Assembly: GCA_965223905.1 (NCBI GenBank)
Contig: CBDCXV010000002.1
Span: forward strand, 160,001-224,000
Origin: Candidatus Latescibacterota bacterium
Lineage (GTDB): Bacteria; Latescibacterota; UBA2968; UBA8231
DNA: 64,000 nt
Reading direction: 5' to 3'
Shown here: piece after piece, positions 9,917 through 19,169 of the stretch
Layout of the letters: each line of letters starts with the position of its first letter
How positions within the stretch are numbered: the first letter of the stretch is position 1
Notes under the pieces: generated by a model
What the model saw: only the letters and a program-made list of their open reading frames with translations
The model's database searches: none
Told to the model about the DNA's origin: nothing
Made by a program: the position numbers and the translations under genes

Positions 9917-10141
9917 TCAACCAAACCAGCCGTAGCTGACAGCGGTGATAAAGCCACAGTGCAATGCTGCCGAAATCGCCAGTGCCCCGCCGAGCGGCCC
10001 AGTAAACAGGGAAGAAGCTAATGCGGCAGCGGTTGCTAAACCGCAAACAAAGAACTTCAAACCTGTCAACTCATCGTGATAGGCATCGACTTTGCCCGAT
10101 GCATCGTAGTCCCTATATGAAGGTTTCTTCAAAGGTTTCAT
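9917..10141 (-). CDS. Putative bacteriocin/RiPP precursor peptide (74 aa)
   Basis: Charged leader MKPLKKPSYRDYDASGKVDAY, then a hydrophobic Ala/Gly-rich core with two Cys around a TGPLGG turn, ending YGWFG. SD-like AAAGGG upstream. Heads the export cluster. Confidence 0.75.
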   Translation of the reverse strand: MKPLKKPSYRDYDASGKVDAYHDELTGLKFFVCGLATAAALASSLFTGPLGGALAISAALHCGFITAVSYGWFG

Positions 10142-10297
10142 AGGTCTAGCCCTTTCAAGGTTATGAATTTGGTAAAGGAGTGGCCTCCCTCAACAAGGGC
10201 CTGAAATTCGGGTTCGTTCCGCGAATTTTCATCTTGTCCTCGATCACCCTGCGCCCCCAATCTGACGCCCCTCTCAACTAGTTTCATCTTAATTCAT

Positions 10298-11842
10298 TCA
10301 GCTCATCAGGACCACCCTTCGTGCTTTAAATTTATCAGCCAACTCAACCAAGCCTTTTTGTTCAAAAATCATTCCTATTCTCGTCGACATTTCACTTTCC
10401 AGCACGTGGCAACCGACATTGTTTGCCATTTCCACGGCCCTTTCAAAATAGGACAATCCCTGGAACACCTCGTTTTGCCCGACCAGGATGATACCAATCC
10501 TCTCGTACGCCCTTATCTCCTCGAAAATATTCCGGGTTTTTCGAGCCGCTTCAACGATATTTTTCGTGATATCCATGGCGCGCTCCCCATCCCCTTCCAT
10601 CGAATAAACTTCGGCCAGGGAATTTCCACTCCGAAATTTACCATTGGCATACCCGATCGCAGTCGCCACCGCACGGGCCTTCTCCAACGAAATTTTCCCT
10701 GCCTGGTAATCCCCCATGGCAACTTGTTGCATGCTTAAACGGACGAGAATATCCACTTCTCCTTTCTTGTATCCCAGTTCCCTAATTAAGGCCAATCCCT
10801 TTTCAATCCACAACAGGCCAGATGTTGGATCGTCTGCACCTGATATCTCACCTGATAAAACTAAAATTTTCGCCTTGTGATGGTCATCCCCCAACTTGGT
10901 ATCCGTTTCCAAAACCTTGGCCAACAGCTCCGCTGTCTCGTTCAACCGATTATTCATTAAATGTAATGTTGCATAATTCGTCAGAATGCGGACATGATCC
11001 TGGGACATCTGCCGATTTGCGACCAATCCCATGTTTTCACGGAATATCTTTTCCGCCTCCTGAATTTGTCCCCGGGACAGATAAACTATACCCATGGTAC
11101 AACGCACGCCTACGAGCCCCCTTCCTGCCTGGATCGTATCGAACACCGTAAGGGCCTTCTCGCAGCAGGACATCGCCTTTTCGTATTCTCCGATCCTGAG
11201 TTGGAGAAGTCCTTTTTGATGGATGGCCATTGCAAGCAAAGACCCAACACCATTTTCTTTCGCCGTTTTGATAGCCCGGTCAAATACCTCTTCCGAGTTG
11301 TCTGTCTCGCCCAGATCTGAGTAAACCTGGCCCAGGTTGATCCCAGACGCAATTTCGAACGGAATCTCCTTTTGCTTTTCCGACAGGGCCCTGGCTGTTT
11401 CGAATCCATTGGCGGCTTCTCTCAGATCCGAAACCATCATTAACGCCGCTGCATGCGCTGAAACGGCGCACATACTCTCCATGCTTTTTTGAGAAGCAAT
11501 ATAGTGCCCGGCCGCATCGAGAAATTTCCGTTCCTTGAACGCCTTTTCCCCTTGGTTATAATGATGAATTGCCCGACTCCCTCCCAGCCCGGCCTGGTCT
11601 CCCATTTCCCCTACCAGGATACTTGCTGACGGCTTGAGTAGCCTCTGTCCATCATCAGGCAGATATACCAAATCGAAACCGGCAAATGATCCCGACCAAA
11701 TAGGCCCGGGTTTTTTACCGGTTAGTCTTCTCCTTTCAGACCTGTGATTTTTCATTTCTGTCAAGTCAGGGTACCAACCAACCGATCCGTATTTTGACCA
11801 CCCCATCCACTCCGGCCCCACTCCTGTAGTGTGACTCCGCAC
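10298..11842 (-). CDS. Tetratricopeptide-repeat protein (MalT/RRNPP-like 40-aa repeats); start uncertain
   Basis: Repeated 'NLGQVYSDLGE..', 'GLLQLRIGEYEKA..CEKAL', 'TMGIVYLSRGQ..EA', 'SLAEVYSMEGD..RA'. Confidence 0.85.
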   Translation of the reverse strand: MRSHTTGVGPEWMGWSKYGSVGWYPDLTEMKNHRSERRRLTGKKPGPIWSGSFAGFDLVYLPDDGQRLLKPSASILVGEMGDQAGLGGSRAIHHYNQGEKAFKERKFLDAAGHYIASQKSMESMCAVSAHAAALMMVSDLREAANGFETARALSEKQKEIPFEIASGINLGQVYSDLGETDNSEEVFDRAIKTAKENGVGSLLAMAIHQKGLLQLRIGEYEKAMSCCEKALTVFDTIQAGRGLVGVRCTMGIVYLSRGQIQEAEKIFRENMGLVANRQMSQDHVRILTNYATLHLMNNRLNETAELLAKVLETDTKLGDDHHKAKILVLSGEISGADDPTSGLLWIEKGLALIRELGYKKGEVDILVRLSMQQVAMGDYQAGKISLEKARAVATAIGYANGKFRSGNSLAEVYSMEGDGERAMDITKNIVEAARKTRNIFEEIRAYERIGIILVGQNEVFQGLSYFERAVEMANNVGCHVLESEMSTRIGMIFEQKGLVELADKFKARRVVLMS

Positions 11843-12249
11843 TCCCCGGGGTTTCTTCCCATTGGGTGTACGCTGGATTTATTCTTGATCAGACGCAAAA
11901 TCTGGGCCAGCAACCTCGATGGCCCAACGGACGCCTCTAGCCAGGGTGACGCTGTGCCCCTTCTCACACAAATCCCTGTAACGACCCTCGGTCCACTCCC
12001 TCTGGCAAAATGGTCCGCATTCGCTTCGCCACTGGCCCGACGCGTTACTATTCCTACGGCCGTGCCTGATCCATACCAAGTTTGCAGGAAAAAAATTACC
12101 GCCTTGGTGCATGGGCCTGCCCCCCGGGGATGCTCCCTGGGTGGTCCAGCACACGGTTCTGTGTCCTGGAGCACACACTCCGGTGCCATCGGCGGCAAGG
12201 GGAGCCTACGGATCCCATTCCACTCCCTCTCGAACTGCGGCGGGGCCGC

Positions 12250-12740
12250 GGGTATTTTCATCGTCGACGACGTCTTCGGCCCCGATCTGCTGGAACGCCT
12301 GGAGACCGCCTCCTGGAACGTCTGGAAGAAGGTGCGGTCCGGAGAGGTGGACGAACTTCCGCTGGCAGCCGGCCCTGATCGACGACCCCTGCCTCTGGCT
12401 GATTCCCTGGAGCCAGAGCCGCTACCGCACCGACGAGGAGCAGGACGCCCTCGTCTCCGACAGGAACAGGGACCTCCCCGACATGGAGAACGTTGTCCTC
12501 AAGCGGGGGCAGACCCTGTTCTGGGACGGTAACCCCATCCACCGCGGCAAGCTGCCCCCGGGGGTGAACCAGCGGCTCGTGCTGACAGGCGGGCTGTGCA
12601 GGTACGACCCGGACGAGCCCGAGCTGGAGCCGGACAAGCGCTTCCAGTGGCGGGTCGCTGAGAACATCGGACCGGCCCTGCCGGATCGGGTGCGCCTTCG
12701 GCGGCGGCCAGGGTTCGCACCCTGGGGCCACGGTGAATAG
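12250..12740 (+). pseudogene. Phytanoyl-CoA dioxygenase (PhyH) family remnant with internal deletion/frameshift
   Basis: 'GIFIVDDVFGPDLLERLE' in one frame, 'DDPCLWLIPWS...VLKRGQTLFWDGNPIHRG...RLVL' in another; the HxD segment is missing. Confidence 0.65.
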
Positions 12741-13118
12741 GTCAGACTGTCCCGCGCACTCTGTGCGGCAACGGTGTCCAGGCCCGGCCTTCCCGGCTTC
12801 CGGGAAGCCGAAGCAAGTCCCTCCCCAGGGACCTAAAGGACACCACAATTTTTGAAAAACATCCTCGGGACCGACCGATCCCATGGACGGGCGCACCCCG
12901 GCTTGGCGGGCAGCGCATCCCGAAGGCCAGGGCTATGTACTGACTGTTCCGATCGGTGTTGTGAATGGGTATGGACGGAGCCTTTCCGCCCCGAACCGGC
13001 TCTGCCCAACACGTAGAACCAAAATGGCCGGGTTAGACAGCAGTCTGGCTGTGAAAGTCTTCGGTTTTGTTGTAAGTTGAACACGTTTCCATCAGGGCCA
13101 ACTCACGAGGGAATCACC

Positions 13119-16100
13119 ATGGATAAACATCGAAGGATCATTTCTCAGCTTGGGCAGCTTACGCAAAAAATCGCCCATCCTACGCGGCTGGTGATCGGCG
13201 GTCTCGTGGCACTGGTATCCGGCGCCGGTGCGGAACCGCTGCTCGAAGGGCGGGTGCGGCTGTTCGCCGACCTGGGCAGCTCGCTGGGCGCCGCCACCGA
13301 TGAGAGCGGCTATTTCGCGCTGCCCCTGAACGCGCTGCGCCAGGCCGCCCCCCGGCCGGCGCACATGCAGCTGGGGCAGAACTACCCCAACCCGTTCAAT
13401 CCCTCGACGATCATCCCGTATCAGCTGCCCGCCCCGACTCGGGTGCGGCTGGAGGTGTTCAACATTCTGGGGCAGCGGGTTGCCACCCTGGTCGACGGGA
13501 AACAGGCGGCCGGTTTTCACACCGCGACATGGAACGCCACAGATGCTTCAGGGCGGGGTGTGGCAACGGGGGTGTACCTGTACCGGCTGCTGGCCGACAG
13601 GGAGCGCTTGACGCGGTCGATGGTTCTGCTGGACGGACCGGTGAGCCCGGCGGGAATAGCTCCCTCCGGTGGCGGGATCTCAGCCGGTCCGCAGGGCACC
13701 GACGGTGCAGCGGATCCATCAGGTAGGACTGCGGGAGCGATAGCATCAGGGTCGTGGGTCCCCCCCGGCGGCCAAGGGCAGGTCTACGGGTTGACGGTCA
13801 CTGGCCCGGGACTCATCCCCTATGTCGACCCGGCCTTCCGGGTGGGGGACGGTCCGGTCGAAATCCGGGTGGAAACGCTGGCCAGCTTGCCTCGCGGAAA
13901 GATGGCCGCAGACGGCCTGCTGGGAGACGTCGACGGCAACGGCCAAGTCGACCTCTCCGACGCCCTGCTGGTCGCCTCGTACAGCGAGGACCCCTCCCTT
14001 TCCATTCCCAACGGGGATATCACCCTGGGGGACGTCAACCGGGACGGTCAGGTCGATCTGGCCGACGCCCGCCTCATCGTGGCGTACCATGCGGACCCGT
14101 CCGACCTGTCGCTACCGGAAGGGATCGGCGCCCCGGTGGGGGCAGATGACGAAGGACCGCGGCTCTACTGGACGGACGCGGGCAGCGACAAGATCCAGCG
14201 GTCCCGCCTCGATGGCTCCGGGGTCGAGGACGTCGTCGACAGCGGCCTGGTCTATCCGCGCGGCCTGGCGGTGGACCTGGCGGCCTCCAAGCTGTACTGG
14301 ACCGACTACGGCACCGACAAGATCCAGCGCTCCAACCTCGACGGAACCGAGGTGGAAGACCTGGTGACCGAGGGCCTGAAGGAGCCGTTCGGTATCGCCC
14401 TCGATCTGGGCGGCGGCAAGATCTACTGGAGCGACTGGGGCACCGACAAGATCCAGCGATCCAACCTCGACGGCTCCGAAATCGAAGACCTCGTCGCCAC
14501 CGGTCTGAACGAGCCCTACGGCCTCGCCCTCGACCTGGGGGAGGGCAAGATCTACTGGACCGACTGGGGCAGCGACCGGATTCAGCGCGCCAATCTCGAC
14601 GGCTCACAAGTCGAGGACCTGGTCACCGGGCTCAACCAGCCCCGGGGGATCGCCCTCGATCTGGAAGACGGCCGCATGTACTGGCCCGACTGGGGCACGG
14701 ACAAGATCCAGCGCGCGAATCTCGACGGCTCCGAGGTGGAAGACTTGGTTACCGAGGGCCTGCGGACCTCCCAGGCGATCGCCCTCGATCTGGGCAGCGG
14801 CAAGATGTACTGGACCGACTACGGCACCGACAAGATCCAGCGGGCCAACCTCGACGGCAGCCAGGTCGAGGATCTGATCACCTCCGGTCTGAAGGAGCCG
14901 TACGGCTTGACCCTGGGCGCCGGCCTGCCGGCGCAGATCCTGAAAGTAAAGGGCGCCTCGGCGACCCTGAACCTGGCCGGCCGCTTCCGCGACCCGGAGG
15001 GGGGCGCCCTGACCCTCGCCGCCGCCTCCAGCGACGAGGCGGTCGCCGCCGCGAGTCTGGCCGACTCGGTGCTGACCATCGCGCCGGTGACCCCCGGCCG
15101 GGTGACGGTCGCGGTGACCGCCCGCGACGAGGGGGGCCGGGCTGCCACCCTGCCGGTGGCCGTGACCGTGTACCCGGCCAACCGCCCCCCGGTGGCCAAA
15201 GCCCTGGCCGACCGCAAGATCCGCATCGGCAGCCCGGACCGGGTCGAGCTGACCAGCGCCTTCACCGACCCGGACGAAACAGACGTGCTGACCTACACGG
15301 CCGCGTCGAGCAACGAGGCGGTGGCCACCGCAGCCATCGAGGGGACCGGCCTGCGCATCACCCCCAAGAGCATCGGGCAGACCGGGATCTCAGTGACCGC
15401 CCGCGACCCGAAGGAACTGGAGGCGTCACTGAGCTTCAGGGTCACCGTCGAGCCCAAGCCGCCCCCCAGGCCGCCCCGGACCCCGCCCGGCTCGGGCAGT
15501 GACGATGGTGATGGTAATGGTGATGACGGTGGTGGTCCGGTAACCCCCCCGCCCCCGACGCCTCCACCTCCACCGCCGACGCCTCCGCCTACCCCACCTC
15601 CGCCGGGTCAGAACAACGCCCCCACCTTCGACGAGAGGCCGAGCGCCACCCGCAGCGTCGCCGAAAACACCGAGGCGGGTGAAGACATCGGCAACCCGGT
15701 GACCGCGACGGATAGCGATGACGACAGGCTGACCTACAGCCTGGAGGGGACGGATGCGGGGAGTTTCACCCTCGCCTCCACCAGCGGCCAGTTGCGCACC
15801 CGCTCGGGCGCCACCTACGACTACGAGACAAAGCCCCGCTATTCTGTGTCGGTGAAAGCCGAGGACGGACATGGCGGCATTGCCGCCATTGACGTGACCA
15901 TCCACGTGGCCGACGTGAACGAACCGCCCGGGAGGCCGTCTGCCCCGTGGGTTGAGCCGGCCTCCTCCACCAGCCTGACCGTGAGCTGGACCGAGCCGGC
16001 CAACACCGGCCCCGATGTCCACGACTACGACGTGCAGTACCGCAAGAGCGGCAGCTTCCTCCCCTGGCCGCACGACGGCCCCGGTACCACTACCACGATC

Positions 16101-18344
16101 CCGGACCTGGAGGTCAACACCCGTTACGAGGTGCAGGTGCGGGCGCACAACGACGAAGGGGAGAGCGAATGGTCCGCCTCGGGCTTCGGGGGGAGCTGTT
16201 CAGAAGGCGGCGATGCCCCGACGCCGGTGGAAGTGGAAGTGACGGCGGTGCCCATCGTGGTCGAGTCCAAGACCGACAAGTACTTCGTGCTCTACGTGCG
16301 GCACGACGTGGATGGCGCGACGGTAGAGGTGCCGGTTCTGGTCAAGCGCGGCGAAGCCGGCACGACCACGCTGGCCGAGAACGTGGTGGCCCTGCCCGCA
16401 GAGCGCTACCGGGTAGAGGAGTACCTCATCGCCGACCCGGCCGACGTCGACGGCGACTGCACCGACGACCTCACCGAACTGGCAGACCCGGTGGGCATGA
16501 ACCCGGTGAACCCCGCCGCGGCCATCGAATTCAGTGACGGGGCCGTGACCGTTCCCGATCGGGAAACATTCGAGACGCTCTCCTTTAACGATTTCTTCCT
16601 CAAGTTCGTTCTGCTCGGCATGCACACCGACAGCCCGCGTCTCTACTTCATGAACACCAAAACCACTTTGAATCATAAAGAGTTCCTGGAGGTCATCGGC
16701 ATCGAGCTGGGACAGGAGGGGATGATCGAAGGCAGTCTCATGCGTCGCTGGGATCTCGTTGCCCCCGATGGCAGTCCGGGAGTCTACTGCTATTGGTGGC
16801 GACATCGCCAGCATCCGTACTCCTTCAGCGTCGTGGCGCGCGCCCATACGCTGCTTGCCGCCAGCATGCCGCTGCTCGAAGACGACCTGGCGTTCTACAT
16901 ATCGAACGACGCTCTTCTGCATTCTCAACCCGACTTGCCGTTGTACAGGGAGTCCCGAATCCCACTCGTGTTCGCCGAGGAGTTCTTCGGCGAAACCAAT
17001 TTTCTGGCGTTGAACCCGGGGGAGGGGTACGGCCTGCTGCGGGTCATGGACCCGGACGAACGTCCCCACCCGCGCGACATCGTGATCTACGAGGCGCTGC
17101 CCAACGAGCTGCCCCGCGTGGCCGGCATCATCTCCACCGTGCCCCAGACGGCGCTCTCGCATGTCAACCTGCGCGCCGTGCAGGATGGCATTCCCAACGC
17201 CTTCATCCGCAACGCCCTCGACAAGCCCTACATCGACGATCTCCTCGGCAGCTACGTCCGTTACAGAGTGACCGAGGACGGCTGGGACCTGCGCGCCGCC
17301 ACCCGCGCGGAGGTCGATGCCCACTACGAGTCTTCGCGGCCCGCCCATGACCAGGTCCCGCAACGCGACCTCGGCGTCACGACGATCGCCGCCCTCGGTG
17401 ACATCGGCTTCGATGACTGGGACGCGTTCGGCGTCAAGGCGGCCAACGTGGCGGTGCTGGGGACGCTGGGGTTTCCGGAGGGGACGGTGCCCGACGGCTT
17501 CGCGATCCCGTTCTACTTCTACGACGAGTTCATGAAGCACAACGGGTTCTACACCCGCATTGAAACCATGCTGGCCGACGAAGCTTTCCAGACGGACTTC
17601 GAAGCCCAGGCGGACTCACTCAAGAAGCCGCGCAAGGACATCGAAGACGCGGAGACGCCGGATTGGATCGTCTCGGCAATCGAGGCAATGAATGAGTCTT
17701 TCTCCGAGGGGATCAACCGCCGCTACCGGTCCAGCACCAACAACGAGGACCTGCCCGGGTTCAACGGCGCGGGGCTGTACGACTCCAAGAGCCAGAAGCC
17801 GAGCGAGGACGAGAAGGATCTCGCCAAGTCCCTCAAGGAGGTGTACGCCGGTCTGTGGAACTTCCGCGCCTTCGTCGAACGCGACTTCCATCGCATCGAT
17901 CACCTGGCGGCGGCGATGGGCATCCTGGTGCATCCCAGCTACAGGGACGAGCTGGCCAACGGCGTGGCCGTCAGCTTCGACCCCATCTACGGCAGAGCCC
18001 GACGCTACTACGTCAACACGCAGGTCGGCGAGGATCTGGTCACCAATCCCGAGGCGCACTCGGTGCCGGAGGAAGTCCTGTTGAACCCGCCTTCTGTTTC
18101 TCTCCCTTACACCGTCCTTGGGACCTCCAACCAGGTGCCGCCGGGGCAACTCCTCATGAGCCGTGACCAAATGCGCCAGTTGAGAGAACATCTCGAGGTG
18201 ATCCATAAGGAGTTCGCCGATCTGTACGACCCCGCAGACGATGAACCGTTCGCCATGGAGATCGAGTTCAAGATCACCAGCGACAACATCCTGGCGATCA
18301 AGCAGGCCCGCCCCTGGGTCTTCGGCGCCCAGGTCGATGAGTGA
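13119..18344 (+). CDS. Giant modular secreted protein A: FlgD-type Ig, dockerin-like, YWTD propeller, Ig x2, Pro linker, cadherin, FN3, phospho-His domain + PPDK-type ATP-grasp
   Basis: GQNYPNPFNPST..GVYLYRL; GDVDGNGQVDLSDA x2; 6 YWTD-type repeats; QTALSHVN; GVKAAN, VPDGFAIP, RSSTNNED..FNGAGLYDS, EIEFK..KQARP. RBS gaggga precedes ATG 13119. Confidence 0.92.
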   Translation: MDKHRRIISQLGQLTQKIAHPTRLVIGGLVALVSGAGAEPLLEGRVRLFADLGSSLGAATDESGYFALPLNALRQAAPRPAHMQLGQNYPNPFNPSTIIPYQLPAPTRVRLEVFNILGQRVATLVDGKQAAGFHTATWNATDASGRGVATGVYLYRLLADRERLTRSMVLLDGPVSPAGIAPSGGGISAGPQGTDGAADPSGRTAGAIASGSWVPPGGQGQVYGLTVTGPGLIPYVDPAFRVGDGPVEIRVETLASLPRGKMAADGLLGDVDGNGQVDLSDALLVASYSEDPSLSIPNGDITLGDVNRDGQVDLADARLIVAYHADPSDLSLPEGIGAPVGADDEGPRLYWTDAGSDKIQRSRLDGSGVEDVVDSGLVYPRGLAVDLAASKLYWTDYGTDKIQRSNLDGTEVEDLVTEGLKEPFGIALDLGGGKIYWSDWGTDKIQRSNLDGSEIEDLVATGLNEPYGLALDLGEGKIYWTDWGSDRIQRANLDGSQVEDLVTGLNQPRGIALDLEDGRMYWPDWGTDKIQRANLDGSEVEDLVTEGLRTSQAIALDLGSGKMYWTDYGTDKIQRANLDGSQVEDLITSGLKEPYGLTLGAGLPAQILKVKGASATLNLAGRFRDPEGGALTLAAASSDEAVAAASLADSVLTIAPVTPGRVTVAVTARDEGGRAATLPVAVTVYPANRPPVAKALADRKIRIGSPDRVELTSAFTDPDETDVLTYTAASSNEAVATAAIEGTGLRITPKSIGQTGISVTARDPKELEASLSFRVTVEPKPPPRPPRTPPGSGSDDGDGNGDDGGGPVTPPPPTPPPPPPTPPPTPPPPGQNNAPTFDERPSATRSVAENTEAGEDIGNPVTATDSDDDRLTYSLEGTDAGSFTLASTSGQLRTRSGATYDYETKPRYSVSVKAEDGHGGIAAIDVTIHVADVNEPPGRPSAPWVEPASSTSLTVSWTEPANTGPDVHDYDVQYRKSGSFLPWPHDGPGTTTTIPDLEVNTRYEVQVRAHNDEGESEWSASGFGGSCSEGGDAPTPVEVEVTAVPIVVESKTDKYFVLYVRHDVDGATVEVPVLVKRGEAGTTTLAENVVALPAERYRVEEYLIADPADVDGDCTDDLTELADPVGMNPVNPAAAIEFSDGAVTVPDRETFETLSFNDFFLKFVLLGMHTDSPRLYFMNTKTTLNHKEFLEVIGIELGQEGMIEGSLMRRWDLVAPDGSPGVYCYWWRHRQHPYSFSVVARAHTLLAASMPLLEDDLAFYISNDALLHSQPDLPLYRESRIPLVFAEEFFGETNFLALNPGEGYGLLRVMDPDERPHPRDIVIYEALPNELPRVAGIISTVPQTALSHVNLRAVQDGIPNAFIRNALDKPYIDDLLGSYVRYRVTEDGWDLRAATRAEVDAHYESSRPAHDQVPQRDLGVTTIAALGDIGFDDWDAFGVKAANVAVLGTLGFPEGTVPDGFAIPFYFYDEFMKHNGFYTRIETMLADEAFQTDFEAQADSLKKPRKDIEDAETPDWIVSAIEAMNESFSEGINRRYRSSTNNEDLPGFNGAGLYDSKSQKPSEDEKDLAKSLKEVYAGLWNFRAFVERDFHRIDHLAAAMGILVHPSYRDELANGVAVSFDPIYGRARRYYVNTQVGEDLVTNPEAHSVPEEVLLNPPSVSLPYTVLGTSNQVPPGQLLMSRDQMRQLREHLEVIHKEFADLYDPADDEPFAMEIEFKITSDNILAIKQARPWVFGAQVDE

Positions 18345-18790
18345 TTCCGGCGGTGAGAGAGAGCGGCGCTGCGAAGGGCACGGCGGGCGGGAGCCGGAAG
18401 CAGGAGTGCCCGGGCCGCGTCGTTCACCGATCCCACGGCTTTCGCGTTGACCCCCGCCCACGATAAGTCCCCCGTCCTTCCCGGTGAAGGCTGACGAACG
18501 GGGTGCCGTCCGAACGCATCCCGGCGCCATCCCTGACAAGCCTGCGACCATCGTCCTTTAAGTAAAGAGCACCACCGAGAGCGAGTGAGCCGCCTGACCC
18601 TCAGCCCACTCGTGGCCATCGTCCTGGCTGTCGGTGCCCCGGAAGGTGCTGCGCTCACAGCGATTTGAGCTCTGCGAGGAACTTGGCGAGTCTGCCCGTC
18701 AACCGGCCGACGTTCGAGCAGGACGGACAACTCGTCCGGTGGCCATAAGGGGGGTTTCAGTGGAGCTGTTGCTGTGTTCGGCCATGCCCC

Positions 18791-19139
18791 TCAGAACTCT
18801 TCCCCTCCCACCGTCATCAACGCTTCGGCCACCTGCCCGAAGGGCCGTCCCCCGGCGACCAGGTCGACGGCGAACGGCTGCCGCCGGCAGGGCCGGTCCG
18901 GTTCGATCGACAGCTCGCAGCTGACCTCGCAGCGGGGACCTGCCTGCAGGCTCGCCGACTCTCCCCGCCATCCTTTAGGGCCGACGAGGTCGACCTCCAG
19001 CTCTGCCCTCTGCGGCAGGGGATTGCGCACGGTCACCCTCACCCGAGCCGGTCCGGGCTCGGCAAGGTGCACGCGGTAGGGCCAGATCCAGCCTCCCCAG
19101 CTGTCGAGATCGAAGTGGATCTCCTCCTCGCCGAGGGGC
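18791..19139 (-). pseudogene. Duplicated 3' fragment of the MBL-fold hydrolase gene at 31939-33780
   Basis: Colinear 349-bp near-copy of 31939-32287 (PLGEEEIHFDLDSWGGWIWPYRVHL...EALMTVGGEEF). Confidence 0.92.
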
Positions 19140-19169
19140 GCTGCCTGCCCGCTGATCACGTCGCATTGC

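Larger units (their letters stand above)
9854..10192. repeat. Imperfect 19-bp inverted repeat enclosing the 74-aa peptide gene
   Basis: 9854-9872 tgagggaggccatctcctt; 10175-10192 aaggagtggcctccctca is its reverse complement with a 1-nt gap. Confidence 0.85.

Noticed and set aside
9917-10141. 74-aa peptide as a type I TA toxin
   Set aside because: Not fully excluded given the 5'-3' pairing, but the leader/core layout and the dedicated export and redox genes fit a secreted peptide better, and no antisense RNA is evident.
12743-13047. Possible MITE bounded by cagactg...cagtctg upstream of gene A
   Set aside because: The inverted match is only 7 bp, with no clear target duplication or second copy in the window.
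15455-15605. Low-complexity gatggt/ccg tracts (also 24325-24445) as contingency repeats
   Set aside because: They are imperfect in-frame Asp/Gly/Pro linkers, not frameshifting simple repeats.
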